A stretch of 63,413 bases of DNA, from positions 1-63,413 of the forward strand of contig SXWA01000142.1 in the NCBI GenBank assembly GCA_005791575.1, in the 5' to 3' direction. The notes below the pieces were generated by a model, which had not been told where the DNA came from, did not search any database, and saw nothing but the letters and a program-made list of their open reading frames with translations. Below are positions 7,801-16,453 of this stretch, in pieces (position 1 is the first letter of the stretch; each line of letters begins with the position of its first letter). This stretch comes from Planctomycetaceae bacterium (GTDB lineage: Bacteria > Planctomycetota > Planctomycetia > Pirellulales > UBA1268). The translations under genes were made by a program, and so were the position numbers.

Positions 7801-10686
7801 CTCCCGGTGATGCGCCGGTCCGACGGCGATCTCCACGCCGGGAGGAAGCCACACGCGCCACGAGCGCTCGAGCACTGGCAGATCGATCGCCCCGCCGGCG
7901 GAATCGACCGTCCACGTGCCGACGGTGGTGTCATCGGCCACGGTCCGCACCGTGAGCGCCACCCGGCGACGGTCGCCGGGCAGGTCGATCGTCACCTCGC
8001 CGCCGACCGTCTCCGCATCGAGCACCACGCGCCGCCCGTCGAGGAGGATTCCCAGGAGCCGCTTCCCCGGGGGCAGCATCAGCGCGAGGGAACTGCGCCC
8101 GTGGTTCTCGATGTCGAAGTGCGATTCCACCTCGGTCCTGCCCGACCGATGGCACCAGCAATCGACGGCCTCCGACCAGACCCAGGCGCGGGCGTCGCGG
8201 TCGCTGCCACCGCCGTCGGGCACGATCTCCAGCGCCGCGCCGTCGATCGAGGCAGATTCTGCCGCAGCGGCGTCGAAGCCGAACTCCGCGATCACGTCGT
8301 CAGTGGAGCCCGGCGCCGCCGGACCGGGGGGCAATTCGGTGAGACGCCGGTTGACCACCGCCGGCCGCCGCCGGCCGGAGGTGCGGACGACGATGTCGCC
8401 GACAAGATCGACGGCGCCATCGACCCGCACCAGCGGCACGGCCGTCGCCCCGTCGAGCGACACGCTGCGCGTGGCACGGATCGAGACCGGCTCCCGCACC
8501 GGGGGCACGAACTCCACCAGCCACGACGTTTCCCCTCCCCGTCGCCCCGCCATCTCGAGCGGCCGGGCGACGACGCTGCCCCCGGCCGGAGGCAGGAGCG
8601 ACCATTCGAGCGTGTCCTCGATCGGCTCGGAGAAATGAACCACCGCGGCGTCGAGCGGGGATTCCCCGGGCCGGCACTCGAGCGTGAACGACTCGGCGAC
8701 CCGGTCGTCGCGGACCGACAGGCCGATGTGCGCGTGGACGGCGATCGGCGGTCGGCGCTGCACCAGCCGTGCCTCGGCAGCGGGAAGGCCGACTCCCGCA
8801 GGCAGCCACGAGCGGACGGTCTCCTGGCCGGCGAGCCGCTGCAGCCGGGCGGCCACCGGCGGCAGGGCCGCGGGAGCGGGATCGATCTCGAGCGTCGTGT
8901 CGGGTGCGGCGCGGAGGGCGAGCGCTGTCTGCCCATCGGCTTCGCCATCGAGCGCCACCATCTCCAATTCGCGGATCGGGAACGCCACCCCGACGTCGAC
9001 TCCGGCGCGGTGCCCGGTGATCCGCAGTCCGAGCGGCCGCTGCCGCGTGGCTGCGGCCGCCAGACCGATGCGGAGCAGGCTGCCGCCACCATCGGCGGTC
9101 ACCCGCCAGTCGAGCCCCTCCTCGACGAGACCGGTGGTCTCGCCGGCGGAAATCGCCGCCGACCCGGCGGACTGATCGACCGGCTCGACCCACTCGACCG
9201 CGTCGATGATCCACCCCGAGCCGACCCGGCCGCTGAGGGCGAAGGCCTCGCCGCGCTCGACACGCACGTCGCAGGTGGCCACGCCCGAAAGACGGGCCGC
9301 GGCGACGTCCACGGTCGTGACGCGGGCCATGTCGAGGAGTGGACCGCGCGGTTCGAGGGCCACGCGGCACCCCGCAGCCGGCCCCTGGGCAGCCAGATAC
9401 ACCGCCGCCACCCCGTCGCCGTCGTCATCCACACGGGGCAAGGGCCACGCCGCAGCGACCCCCGGGGAGACCACCACGGCATCCTCGGTGACGAGTCCGA
9501 CGAGGGCCAGCGCCGCATCGAGCCGCAGGCTCGTACCCCCGCCGCTCCACGCATCCGCTGCCACCGTGACCCGTGGCAGTCCGACGGTCTGCGGGACTGC
9601 CGCCGGCGCGATGCCGACCACTTCCACCGGCGCGGTGCTCCCGAGCAAGGCCGCCGGAAGGATCACCTCCACCCCGCCCGTGGTCCGCCGCCAGGCGAGG
9701 TCACGGTGGCGAACGGGTCCATCGGCGACGCGCGCCGACAACAGTGTCAGCGCGGGATCGACGACCAGCGCGAGGCGCGGCTCGGTCCACCGGCCCGTGG
9801 GTTGGATCACCGTCGTGACCCGGGTCTCCTCGAGGCCGATCCGGCAGGCCGCCCAGACCCGCGCGTCGCGGGGCTGCGGATCGTCCGGAAGGAGGCCGAA
9901 GACCAACTCATCCTGCGGCCCGATCACCGCCCGCCAGGTGCGAACGGCCGGGGTCGTCGCCGGCTCGGCAACGGCGGTGCCGAGCGGACCCGGCACGACC
10001 AGCGACCATTCCACCCCTCCCCCGCAGGGCCGTTGGCCGGAGGGCACGTCGAGTTCGACTTCCGTCCGCACGGCCGGCACCAGCGGCAGACGCTGGAACG
10101 GCATGCCCCACCGGGCCCGGCCGGCGCCACCGGGTGTGGCCAGCGCGAATTCGCAGCGGTAGGTGCCGGGTCCCGCCAGCACCAGCGCCGTCAGCCCGCT
10201 GCGCAGCGCGTGCACCACCGTCGGCCCGGTACCGGCCGCGGTCTCCCGGCTGGCACGACGGACGAGGAGGTGACCGACGGTCACCTGGGCGGGGAGATGA
10301 ACGGCGTCCTCGGGCACCACGAACGACATCTGTCCCGTCAGCCTGCCGGCGGTGTCGAAGCGGCCCACGACACGGGCACCGCTCGCCACCGGCCGCAGCG
10401 GGCCACCGGCCGCGGCCGCAGCATCGGGGCGCACACCCGCCAACGACTCGACCGCCCGCTCGAACTCGGTCAGCGGCATCGGCACGTAGCGTTCGCCACC
10501 CATCCCGACCTCGGCAAGGCGGCCCGCGGGCACATGGACCCGCGTGAAGGTCCGCGGCCCCGCGGGGTCGGGCAGCGGCGGGTCGTCCACCGGTTCGGCG
10601 GCGGCGACCGCGACGAGGAGTGCCGGGACCGACACCAGGGCAGCGACGCACCACCAGAAAGACCGTCTGCAGAACGGGCGACTCAT
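4813..10686 (-). CDS. giant envelope protein P2 (1957 aa), unknown family, two modules separated by an internal TM cluster
   Basis: ORF 4813..11808 trimmed to the ATG at 10686, which overlaps the upstream stop as ATGA. N-terminal signal MSRPFCRRSFWWCVAALVSVPALLVAVAAA. Internal hydrophobic cluster encoded at about 7330-7610. C-terminal anchor ALASLALLLVAAIASAV followed by RRVRARAKAR. Confidence 0.7.
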   Translation of the reverse strand: MSRPFCRRSFWWCVAALVSVPALLVAVAAAEPVDDPPLPDPAGPRTFTRVHVPAGRLAEVGMGGERYVPMPLTEFERAVESLAGVRPDAAAAAGGPLRPVASGARVVGRFDTAGRLTGQMSFVVPEDAVHLPAQVTVGHLLVRRASRETAAGTGPTVVHALRSGLTALVLAGPGTYRCEFALATPGGAGRARWGMPFQRLPLVPAVRTEVELDVPSGQRPCGGGVEWSLVVPGPLGTAVAEPATTPAVRTWRAVIGPQDELVFGLLPDDPQPRDARVWAACRIGLEETRVTTVIQPTGRWTEPRLALVVDPALTLLSARVADGPVRHRDLAWRRTTGGVEVILPAALLGSTAPVEVVGIAPAAVPQTVGLPRVTVAADAWSGGGTSLRLDAALALVGLVTEDAVVVSPGVAAAWPLPRVDDDGDGVAAVYLAAQGPAAGCRVALEPRGPLLDMARVTTVDVAAARLSGVATCDVRVERGEAFALSGRVGSGWIIDAVEWVEPVDQSAGSAAISAGETTGLVEEGLDWRVTADGGGSLLRIGLAAAATRQRPLGLRITGHRAGVDVGVAFPIRELEMVALDGEADGQTALALRAAPDTTLEIDPAPAALPPVAARLQRLAGQETVRSWLPAGVGLPAAEARLVQRRPPIAVHAHIGLSVRDDRVAESFTLECRPGESPLDAAVVHFSEPIEDTLEWSLLPPAGGSVVARPLEMAGRRGGETSWLVEFVPPVREPVSIRATRSVSLDGATAVPLVRVDGAVDLVGDIVVRTSGRRRPAVVNRRLTELPPGPAAPGSTDDVIAEFGFDAAAAESASIDGAALEIVPDGGGSDRDARAWVWSEAVDCWCHRSGRTEVESHFDIENHGRSSLALMLPPGKRLLGILLDGRRVVLDAETVGGEVTIDLPGDRRRVALTVRTVADDTTVGTWTVDSAGGAIDLPVLERSWRVWLPPGVEIAVGPAHHREVAPAAVTWSERLVGVPLNHSSAPMDDDATVDRLGGLMAGCRERVFVPLPGRPAADRVRLVGRNDIDRAALLLATFLAGCLLLAAVWRPGFMVVVPLAAGLIALWVPAPWHVPARAVWWATLAVALSRLLAGRHRGLGIVGVALASFVGGPACGEEQAEVPRVFITPVGGTPTALVPQRLFDRLGAVADENAPRVVAAHVELPGPGGGAGWHVTLDIDADAGTSLSLPFPGQAAAPAAGVLLDGRPATMLPAGPGSARLPIVESGRHRVEWVAEPIRIRRGEIVVAMIALPPAPQAVLTSGPGGLPVEPVVEAGRPGTAFVPVLPESAWSAGEPPQFDISGADRIAVLAALKPGVRLATVPRSARSRNEIEWGPTSCRVTARFEIDAGEAVLPAVVVRADPRLVPVVPDDADAEIDRIGPGRFRIVRREPEAGIVRLDIAWTMPLDEPTGVFTVPEVWLETPLADDRSVRLMAAPGLRAGVLPQAGLGNGGRTTAPGGELSWRVDTTTADAAAPAEPLPARVPVAGSTRVIVTRGPAVVRASQQVRLALGPRRVDLALQARIEAESAVVTIPLSLPADVQLGKVILTDETSTDGPRRPLDVRIVRAAVVPGGPPSPVRLTVVLQQPQAGRLRLDAEAVVPGPPPAEGVLPVMRLALDGASAAVISWAAADGMAAEVGGSEAAAAGVVELTAESPAPDYRLVGVPFVPLEPVPEPAAQAGAQAGAQAGATAEADAESAPAGPRLELVDTHLAIDARGRGWGTARLDLVVSDPVVRVSLPPGMRPFKVFVDGRAVTDPRPAGTAAAPLWEVRLLDVRWPRSLEVVFAGDLGTAVEGGRLTRLEAPGIDGLTAVASLWTIAVPRGLSVRVAPPATVVDPAAAQLQRTAALDRLGNDFARAIAAAAPGEAARLGDMLAARRRPPSLPANDPTGQAAIGTTDVFETGATVIAPPDGQRVEFRLARGPDRSVTGRALASLALLLVAAIASAVRRVRARAKAR
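5621..5656. repeat. 12-bp in-frame tandem repeat x3 (gccccagcctgg) inside P2
   Basis: Three perfect contiguous units, read on the coding strand as (AQAG)n. Confidence 0.9.
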
Positions 10687-13600
10687 GGCGTGGCCCGCCC
10701 GGCTGCCGTGGGAGGATCGCCGACCGCGGGCGAGCGCCCGGAGTCGGCGCTCACGACCAGCCGCGTCGACGACTGCGGCGACACCACCAATGACGGCCGC
10801 GCCGGAGCGGTGATCCGCGCCGGCCGTTCGACGATCCAGCGGAGCAGCGCCGCCAGCGCCGCGAGGATCGCGCCGGGCAGGGCAGCCTGGACCACCAGCG
10901 GGGCGAGTTCGGGATTCACAGCGGCGGCTGTCACCACGAGGGTGGCGGCCCCGACGATCACGGCGGGTTGCCGCGCCGCCGCGCGGTACACCGCCACGAG
11001 GCCGAGGGCGAGCGTCGGCCCCGAGGCGGCGAGCACGAGCAGCCAACTCGGCACGATCCAGGCGCGTCCGGGTTCGACGCTGCCGATGCCCGACCAGACG
11101 GCGCGCCGTTCCGCCAGCGGTGGATCGAGCGCGGTCACGGCGATCGGCCCGGGCGCCGGGGTGGTCTCGCCGGGGTGGTCGGTGGCGGCTCGCCGGTTGG
11201 CCTCCAACCACCTTGCCAGCGCCGCCCGGGAGACGACCGGCCGGCGCTCGAATCCCAGCCCTCCCCAGGCCCAGCGCTGCTGGCTCGTCCAGGGGCGCGG
11301 GGGCAGGATCACGTGCTCGTCGGCGAGCAGGCGCAGTTCCCAGTAGAAACGGCGCTGCACAACGCCTGTGGGCATCAGCGGGGGATCGAGCAGCAACGGC
11401 CCGACCCATCCCGCCGCCCGTGGCCAGCCCGGCACGACCGATGGCTCCCGACCCCGGCGGCACTCCACGGCGACGATCCAGCTCCCCCGGCCGGCCGCGT
11501 CCGCCGGTGTGCCGGGCAGCTCGACGGTCATCCGCCCATCGGTGCGGACCGCGGTCGCGACGGGCCGGCCATCGACGCGCACCTCGATCGTCGCGGGGCG
11601 GTCGGCTGCCGGCCGCCATCCGGCCGGAACGGTCAGATCGAAGCGCCGCGACGAGCTGCTCACCGTGTAGGTGCAGACATCCTCGCGACCATCGGGGAGG
11701 AGTCGTGTCTCGAACCACGCCGCCTCGATCACGGTATCGCCGCGCGACGTGCCCTGCCGCGCCGAAACCGCCAGCGGCACCACACCCTGCGGCCGGCCGC
11801 TGGTCCACACGCGGGCCGTCGCGGCCTGGAGCGTGTCACGTTCCCAGGCCTCGCCGCGGACATCGACCACCAGCGGCCCCTCGACAAGCAGCGACAGCGA
11901 CTGCCTCACCACCCGCCCCTCGGCCGGCAACACCAAGGGGAGATCCATCGATGCGGTGGCCTCGGCCGGCACGGCGACCATCGGCAGTTCGTAGCGGATC
12001 GTCAGATCGCCGGAGCCGAGCAGGGGCTGGGGAAGCAGGGCACGAAGATTGACGGGGCCGGCGCCCTCCGCCGGCGCCGAGGATTCGCCACGGCGCCCCG
12101 CCAGCGGGGTGGGGAACGGGTTGAGCGGCTGCCCGCCCTGCCGCAATTCGAGCGCGCCCCCCTCGGCCACGGCGGCCGGAACGACGATGTCGATCGATTC
12201 CAACGGCACGTGTGCCACGTCGTAGCGGATCGTCTCCTCGACCACGGCGGTGTCGGCGTTGATCGTCACGGCGGCGGCGACGACCGCCTCGACGCGCTGG
12301 GCGAGATAGCGGCGGTCGGCGGCGAACTCCCCGTCCGTCCCGTCGAGACGGTACGTCAGCACCGCACGCTCCCCTTCCTCGCGCCGCGCCGAGGGGGTCG
12401 TCTGCCGCACCAGACCGCGGATCGCCGTGGCATCGGGAACGATCTCGATGTCGTTGGCCGCCGACACGCTCACGCTCGCCGGCGCCACCAGATCGGCCTC
12501 CGGCACCGGGAGCGTCCATGTCAGCCGCCGGGCATCGCGCTCGAGGGTCCTCCCGCAGCGGATTTCGATCGTCGCATCGCCGGTGAGTGGCTGGAGAAAC
12601 GGGATCACGAGCAGTCCGTCTTCGGCGCGGATCGCCGCGCTGTCGACGAGGCCGGCGGGCGAGACGTCGTCGATGCCCCACCCCTCGAGCCGCACCCCGA
12701 TGCGGTTCACGGGAGCCCCACGCACCGAGAGCCTGAGGCGCGCGTCGAGTCCGAGGCGACTGGGATCGACCGTGTAGCGGTACTCCGGTTCCACGACGAC
12801 GCGGCTGCCGCGCGGCCGCACATGGATCGGCAACGTGGCGGGTTGGGTGTCGTAGGCGAAGGCGGCGGAGAGCCCGGGACGCCGCGCGGCCGGCGGCGGA
12901 TCGACCCGCCGGTTGCGTCCGGCATCGTCCCATTCGAGTTGCCAGTCCCCCTCGACCAGCAGGCTGACCCGGCCATGCTGCCGCCAGGGCAGGATCTGTT
13001 CCACCATGAATCCGAGCGGTTCCAGCGCCCTTCCCTCGGGATCGATCGACCGCTCGGCATCGATCTCCAGCGCTACCCTGCCGTCGGCCGACCGCGCCAC
13101 GTCGATCGCGAGGCGCTCGACCGACTGCGATCCAGCGCCGTCGGGATCGACCGTCTCCCGGCTCACGAGTGTCGCACCGCGGACGGCACGCAGCGCCGCG
13201 CCGGGAGGCATGGTGACGGAGATGCGCGAGAGATCGGCGGGGAGTTCCCGGAGCGCGATCAGCGTCTGCCACGCCGCCATCCGACCGTCGATCCGCACCA
13301 CGCTCTCGACGGTGGCCTCGGGCGCCGCGCCCGCCGACGCCTGCGCGGTCCCCCGCGGGCCGATCCGGATCCGTGTCGACCCGATCAGCCCCACGCAGGT
13401 CACGCGACTGCCGCCCGCCCCGTCGGATTCGACCCGTGGCTCCACGCTGCCGGGAGTGACCGTCACCACGGGATCCGGACGCGACGACCGGATCACCACG
13501 GCCGACGCGGTCGCGGGGGGCAGACGGAGCCACACCGACTGCTCGTCGCCGGCCGCCTCCACCGGCAACTGCCCCTCGAGGCCGACGCGATGGCGCCCGT

Positions 13601-14261
13601 CAGCCGGACCTTGAAACCAGCAGCGGTATCCAGGTTGGGGGGCCGGCACGGGGTCGCCGTCCGCGATCGAATCGACCGCTTTCGGGGCCACCGCCTCGGC
13701 ATCGACCACCGCCGTCCCCTCCCCTTCGTGCCGCGGGGGGGCGTCGAGCACCAGTCCCGCGAGTTCGAGTGGCAGGGTGGACCACCCCGCGCGCGTCTGC
13801 CGGACCGTGGCATCGACCACCGTCCGGCAGCTGGGCGCGCCACCGTCGGGAGGCGGCAGGTCGATGGTGACCGTGAGCGACTCGAGGATGGCCGGCGGTG
13901 GCTGGACGACAGCCGGCAGGCCCTGCCGCAGCCGAACCATCTCCACGAAGTCGGCGTAGCCGAACCCCGGCACGGGAACGAGGCGGCCGGCTTCATCCTC
14001 CACGTAGAAAATGTCGGGGACAGTGGCCTCGACGCGTGACGGAGAGCGGGGCGGCGTCACCGCGGTCCCCTGGGGGCCGGCAGCGCCCCCGGCCGCCGGC
14101 TGTTGGTCACCGATCGGCAGCGCTTCGGCCGCCGGAGCGTCCGCTGCCCCGACCGGGTCGTCGGCGCGTCCCGCCGGCGCCCACGCGACGAGCAGGCAGC
14201 TCACCAGCACCCAGCGCAACGCCGGACCGGCAGCGCGGTGGTGGTCCAGTGGGGCTCGCAT
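10683..14261 (-). CDS. giant envelope protein P1 (1192 aa), unknown family
   Basis: ORF 10683..15329 trimmed to the ATG at 14261, with GGAGGA 9 nt upstream. Signal peptide MRAPLDHHRAAGPALRWVLVSCLLVAWAPAGRA. C-terminal multi-TM region WLLVLAASGPTLALGLVAVY ... AILAALAALLRWIV. Confidence 0.7.
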   Translation of the reverse strand: MRAPLDHHRAAGPALRWVLVSCLLVAWAPAGRADDPVGAADAPAAEALPIGDQQPAAGGAAGPQGTAVTPPRSPSRVEATVPDIFYVEDEAGRLVPVPGFGYADFVEMVRLRQGLPAVVQPPPAILESLTVTIDLPPPDGGAPSCRTVVDATVRQTRAGWSTLPLELAGLVLDAPPRHEGEGTAVVDAEAVAPKAVDSIADGDPVPAPQPGYRCWFQGPADGRHRVGLEGQLPVEAAGDEQSVWLRLPPATASAVVIRSSRPDPVVTVTPGSVEPRVESDGAGGSRVTCVGLIGSTRIRIGPRGTAQASAGAAPEATVESVVRIDGRMAAWQTLIALRELPADLSRISVTMPPGAALRAVRGATLVSRETVDPDGAGSQSVERLAIDVARSADGRVALEIDAERSIDPEGRALEPLGFMVEQILPWRQHGRVSLLVEGDWQLEWDDAGRNRRVDPPPAARRPGLSAAFAYDTQPATLPIHVRPRGSRVVVEPEYRYTVDPSRLGLDARLRLSVRGAPVNRIGVRLEGWGIDDVSPAGLVDSAAIRAEDGLLVIPFLQPLTGDATIEIRCGRTLERDARRLTWTLPVPEADLVAPASVSVSAANDIEIVPDATAIRGLVRQTTPSARREEGERAVLTYRLDGTDGEFAADRRYLAQRVEAVVAAAVTINADTAVVEETIRYDVAHVPLESIDIVVPAAVAEGGALELRQGGQPLNPFPTPLAGRRGESSAPAEGAGPVNLRALLPQPLLGSGDLTIRYELPMVAVPAEATASMDLPLVLPAEGRVVRQSLSLLVEGPLVVDVRGEAWERDTLQAATARVWTSGRPQGVVPLAVSARQGTSRGDTVIEAAWFETRLLPDGREDVCTYTVSSSSRRFDLTVPAGWRPAADRPATIEVRVDGRPVATAVRTDGRMTVELPGTPADAAGRGSWIVAVECRRGREPSVVPGWPRAAGWVGPLLLDPPLMPTGVVQRRFYWELRLLADEHVILPPRPWTSQQRWAWGGLGFERRPVVSRAALARWLEANRRAATDHPGETTPAPGPIAVTALDPPLAERRAVWSGIGSVEPGRAWIVPSWLLVLAASGPTLALGLVAVYRAAARQPAVIVGAATLVVTAAAVNPELAPLVVQAALPGAILAALAALLRWIVERPARITAPARPSLVVSPQSSTRLVVSADSGRSPAVGDPPTAAGRATP

Positions 14262-14282
14262 CGATGACCGTCCTCCCTCGCC

Positions 14283-14362
14283 GCCGTCTGTCGTGTCGCC
14301 GTCTGTCGTGTCGCCGTCTGTCGTGTCGCCGGATGTCTGTGTCGCCGTCTGTCTGTGTCGCC
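14283..14362. repeat. 15-bp tandem array (gccgtctgtcgtgtc x3 perfect plus 2 degenerate 16-bp units)
   Basis: Read directly from the sequence. It begins 22 bp upstream of the P1 start codon, in the 250-bp gap to the suhB-like gene. Confidence 0.9.
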
Positions 14363-14512
14363 ACCCCTCCCGACACACAGGCAGCCATCTAGACAGTAGC
14401 CTGCCCACGGTGGTGACGCACGTTCCGGCGCCCCCTCTCCATGGCCGGATCACCGCCACAACCGTCGTCCGTGGCACGACCCAGCCGATCGCTCCCCGGG
14501 GCCTGCGGCGGC

Positions 14513-15298
14513 TCAGGGCGCCGCCGGCAGCAGCGCCAGGAGCGCAGCGGCGAGCGGGCGGCTGGCGGCCGCCATGAAAGCCGGCTGCTCGAGGGACACC
14601 CGTGGCCCGCTGCCGGGGGGCATGGCGACGACCGTTCCCCCCGCCTCGGCAACGAGCAGCAACCCCGCCGCCACGTCCCACGGCGCGATCGCGCGGATCC
14701 AGAAGGCATCGAACCTGCCGCAGGCGACATAGGCGAGATTGATCGCCGTCGAGCCGGTCCGACGGATCGCCTGCACGGCGGGAAGCACCGCCAGGAAATC
14801 GACCACGCTGGGCGCGTCGGGGCCGACGTGTGGGGGAAACCCGACCGCGACCAGCGATTCGGGCACCGACTCCACGGATGACACTCGGATCGGACTGCCG
14901 TTGAGATGGGCACCGCCGCCGGCACGGGCCGTGAAACACTCGTCGCGCACGGGGTCGTAGATCGTGCCGACGAGGATCTCGTCGCCTCGCGCCAGCGCCA
15001 CCGACACGCAGTAGGCGGGGACGCCGTGCACGTAGTTCGTGGTGCCGTCGAGCGGATCGACGAACCAGCGCAGCTGCCCGGGCGCGGCGGTCACGTGCCC
15101 CCCTTCCTCGCCGATGAAGCCGTGGTCGGGAAAGGCGCCGAGGACGATCCGCCGGATCTCCGCCTGCGCCGCGTGATCGGCCTCGGTCACCAGATCGCGC
15201 GGTCCCTTCGCCGACACCGCGAAGCGGCCGACCCATTCCCCGAGGACCCGGCCCCCGGCCCGGGCGGCGGCCTCGCACACCTCCAAGTGATCGGCCAT
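14513..15298 (-). CDS. suhB: inositol monophosphatase family protein
   Basis: ORF 14513..15484 trimmed to the ATG at 15298, with GGAGGA 6 nt upstream. Motifs FVDPLDGTTNY and WDVAAG. Confidence 0.85.
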   Translation of the reverse strand: MADHLEVCEAAARAGGRVLGEWVGRFAVSAKGPRDLVTEADHAAQAEIRRIVLGAFPDHGFIGEEGGHVTAAPGQLRWFVDPLDGTTNYVHGVPAYCVSVALARGDEILVGTIYDPVRDECFTARAGGGAHLNGSPIRVSSVESVPESLVAVGFPPHVGPDAPSVVDFLAVLPAVQAIRRTGSTAINLAYVACGRFDAFWIRAIAPWDVAAGLLLVAEAGGTVVAMPPGSGPRVSLEQPAFMAAASRPLAAALLALLPAAP

Positions 15299-15482
15299 CC
15301 CTCGTCCTCCACGCACGCGTCCACAACACCGGACCGGCAGTCTACCCCGCGGGCTGCTGCTCACGACGGCGGCCGCTCCGGGCGGCCGCCGCGCCACCCC
15401 CGGCGAGTCGCCATCGCTACACTGTCGGGTTGTTTGCCCGTCCGACATCCACACGTCGCGATTTCGCCCCGGAGGCGCCGTC

Positions 15483-16232
15483 ATGCCCCGTTCCGCTCCA
15501 GCGGCGCCGCCACAGGGCTGGCATGCCGGTGATCAGGGCTTCACCAGTCGCGGCAGCGGCGGTGGTGGCGGCAGCGTGACGGTCGTCGTCGATCCCGATC
15601 ATCCACGGGGGGGATTGAGGCTCAGTGGGCCGGCCTCCGCGGATGCGATCCTCGGCCTCGACATCGACGGCGCCGCGATCGATCACTGGGTGCGCGGCGA
15701 CGACCTGAGCGCGGTCTACGAACCGGTCGACGCGCGCCGGCTGCGGGCGAGCGCGATGTGGCGCCGCCTCCCCCCACCCGACGCCACCGTCGGCGGCACC
15801 GACCAGGTGAGCGCGTGGCTGCTGGTGGCATCGGCGCAGACCGGCCTCCTCGACAGCGACCCGCGCCTCGATGTCGTCAGCCGGCTGTCTGGAGGGGTGA
15901 TCCGCTGGGGACACCGCGGAGACCATCCGGGAGATCGCGAGGTGGTCTGGAGGGACGGGCCAGCCGCCGGCACACATGCGGTACTCGTCCGGGAATCGGC
16001 CGACCGGTCGATCCTGATCGCCGTCCACCCGGGCGACTACCGGGGGCTCGACACGGTCACGACGGCGGGGCGGACCGTCGTCCGCTGCGGTTTGTTCGGC
16101 GACAGCCTGGAAAAAGGGGTTCTCCTCCGCGGCCGGGTGCTCGGCGCCATCGGTCCGCGAGCCGGCGACGAGGTCTGGGCTGGGCGGCTGATCGACCGGT
16201 TCGTGGCGACCCCCCCCCCGCTGACGACGTGA
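15483..16232 (+). CDS. hypothetical protein
   Basis: GGAGG 7 nt upstream of the ATG. GC3-rich codons and balanced composition. No motif recognised. Confidence 0.5.
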   Translation: MPRSAPAAPPQGWHAGDQGFTSRGSGGGGGSVTVVVDPDHPRGGLRLSGPASADAILGLDIDGAAIDHWVRGDDLSAVYEPVDARRLRASAMWRRLPPPDATVGGTDQVSAWLLVASAQTGLLDSDPRLDVVSRLSGGVIRWGHRGDHPGDREVVWRDGPAAGTHAVLVRESADRSILIAVHPGDYRGLDTVTTAGRTVVRCGLFGDSLEKGVLLRGRVLGAIGPRAGDEVWAGRLIDRFVATPPPLTT

Positions 16233-16453
16233 GGCGGCGCGGCCCTCTGCCGGTTGGCCCGGATTTCGCCGCGTCGGGCGGCTTGGTTTTGCGCTGGAGT
16301 CCGGGACCGGCCGACGGGTACATTGCCCACGGATCTTTCCCCGTTTGCCACGGATCGGCAGCGGTCCGGCCCGAAGCCGGTCCAGTGCCAGTGACGGTCC
16401 GTGGCGGGATCCCGGCGGCCACCCGGCCGTCGGGCCAGCATGGAGGCTTGGCC

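Noticed and set aside
7003-11346. Very long antisense or alternative-frame ORFs, for example 7003..11346(+), 10968..14039(+), 1915..3606(-), 3213..5294(+), 4150..6303(+), 39281..41821(+), 56396..58708(+), 59037..61820(+), 61831..63180(+)
   Set aside because: Their composition is extreme in Arg, Pro, Gly and Ala with no motifs. They lie opposite or out of frame to genes with clear family signatures. This is the expected stop-codon-poor shadow-frame effect of very high GC.
10687-11808. N-terminal 374 codons of the 2331-aa ORF (4813..11808)
   Set aside because: This stretch overlaps the C-terminal TM region of P1 in another frame and is Arg/Gly-rich. The ATG at 10686 overlaps the P1 stop as ATGA and is followed by a proper signal peptide.
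14283-14362. CRISPR array
   Set aside because: The repeats are contiguous 15-16-bp units with no spacers. The five-hairpin repeats are about 125 bp and irregularly dispersed. No cas genes are present.
14262-15329. N-terminal 356 codons of the 1548-aa ORF (10683..15329)
   Set aside because: It runs through the tandem array and through the suhB-like gene on the same strand in another frame. An SD plus signal peptide occur at 14261.
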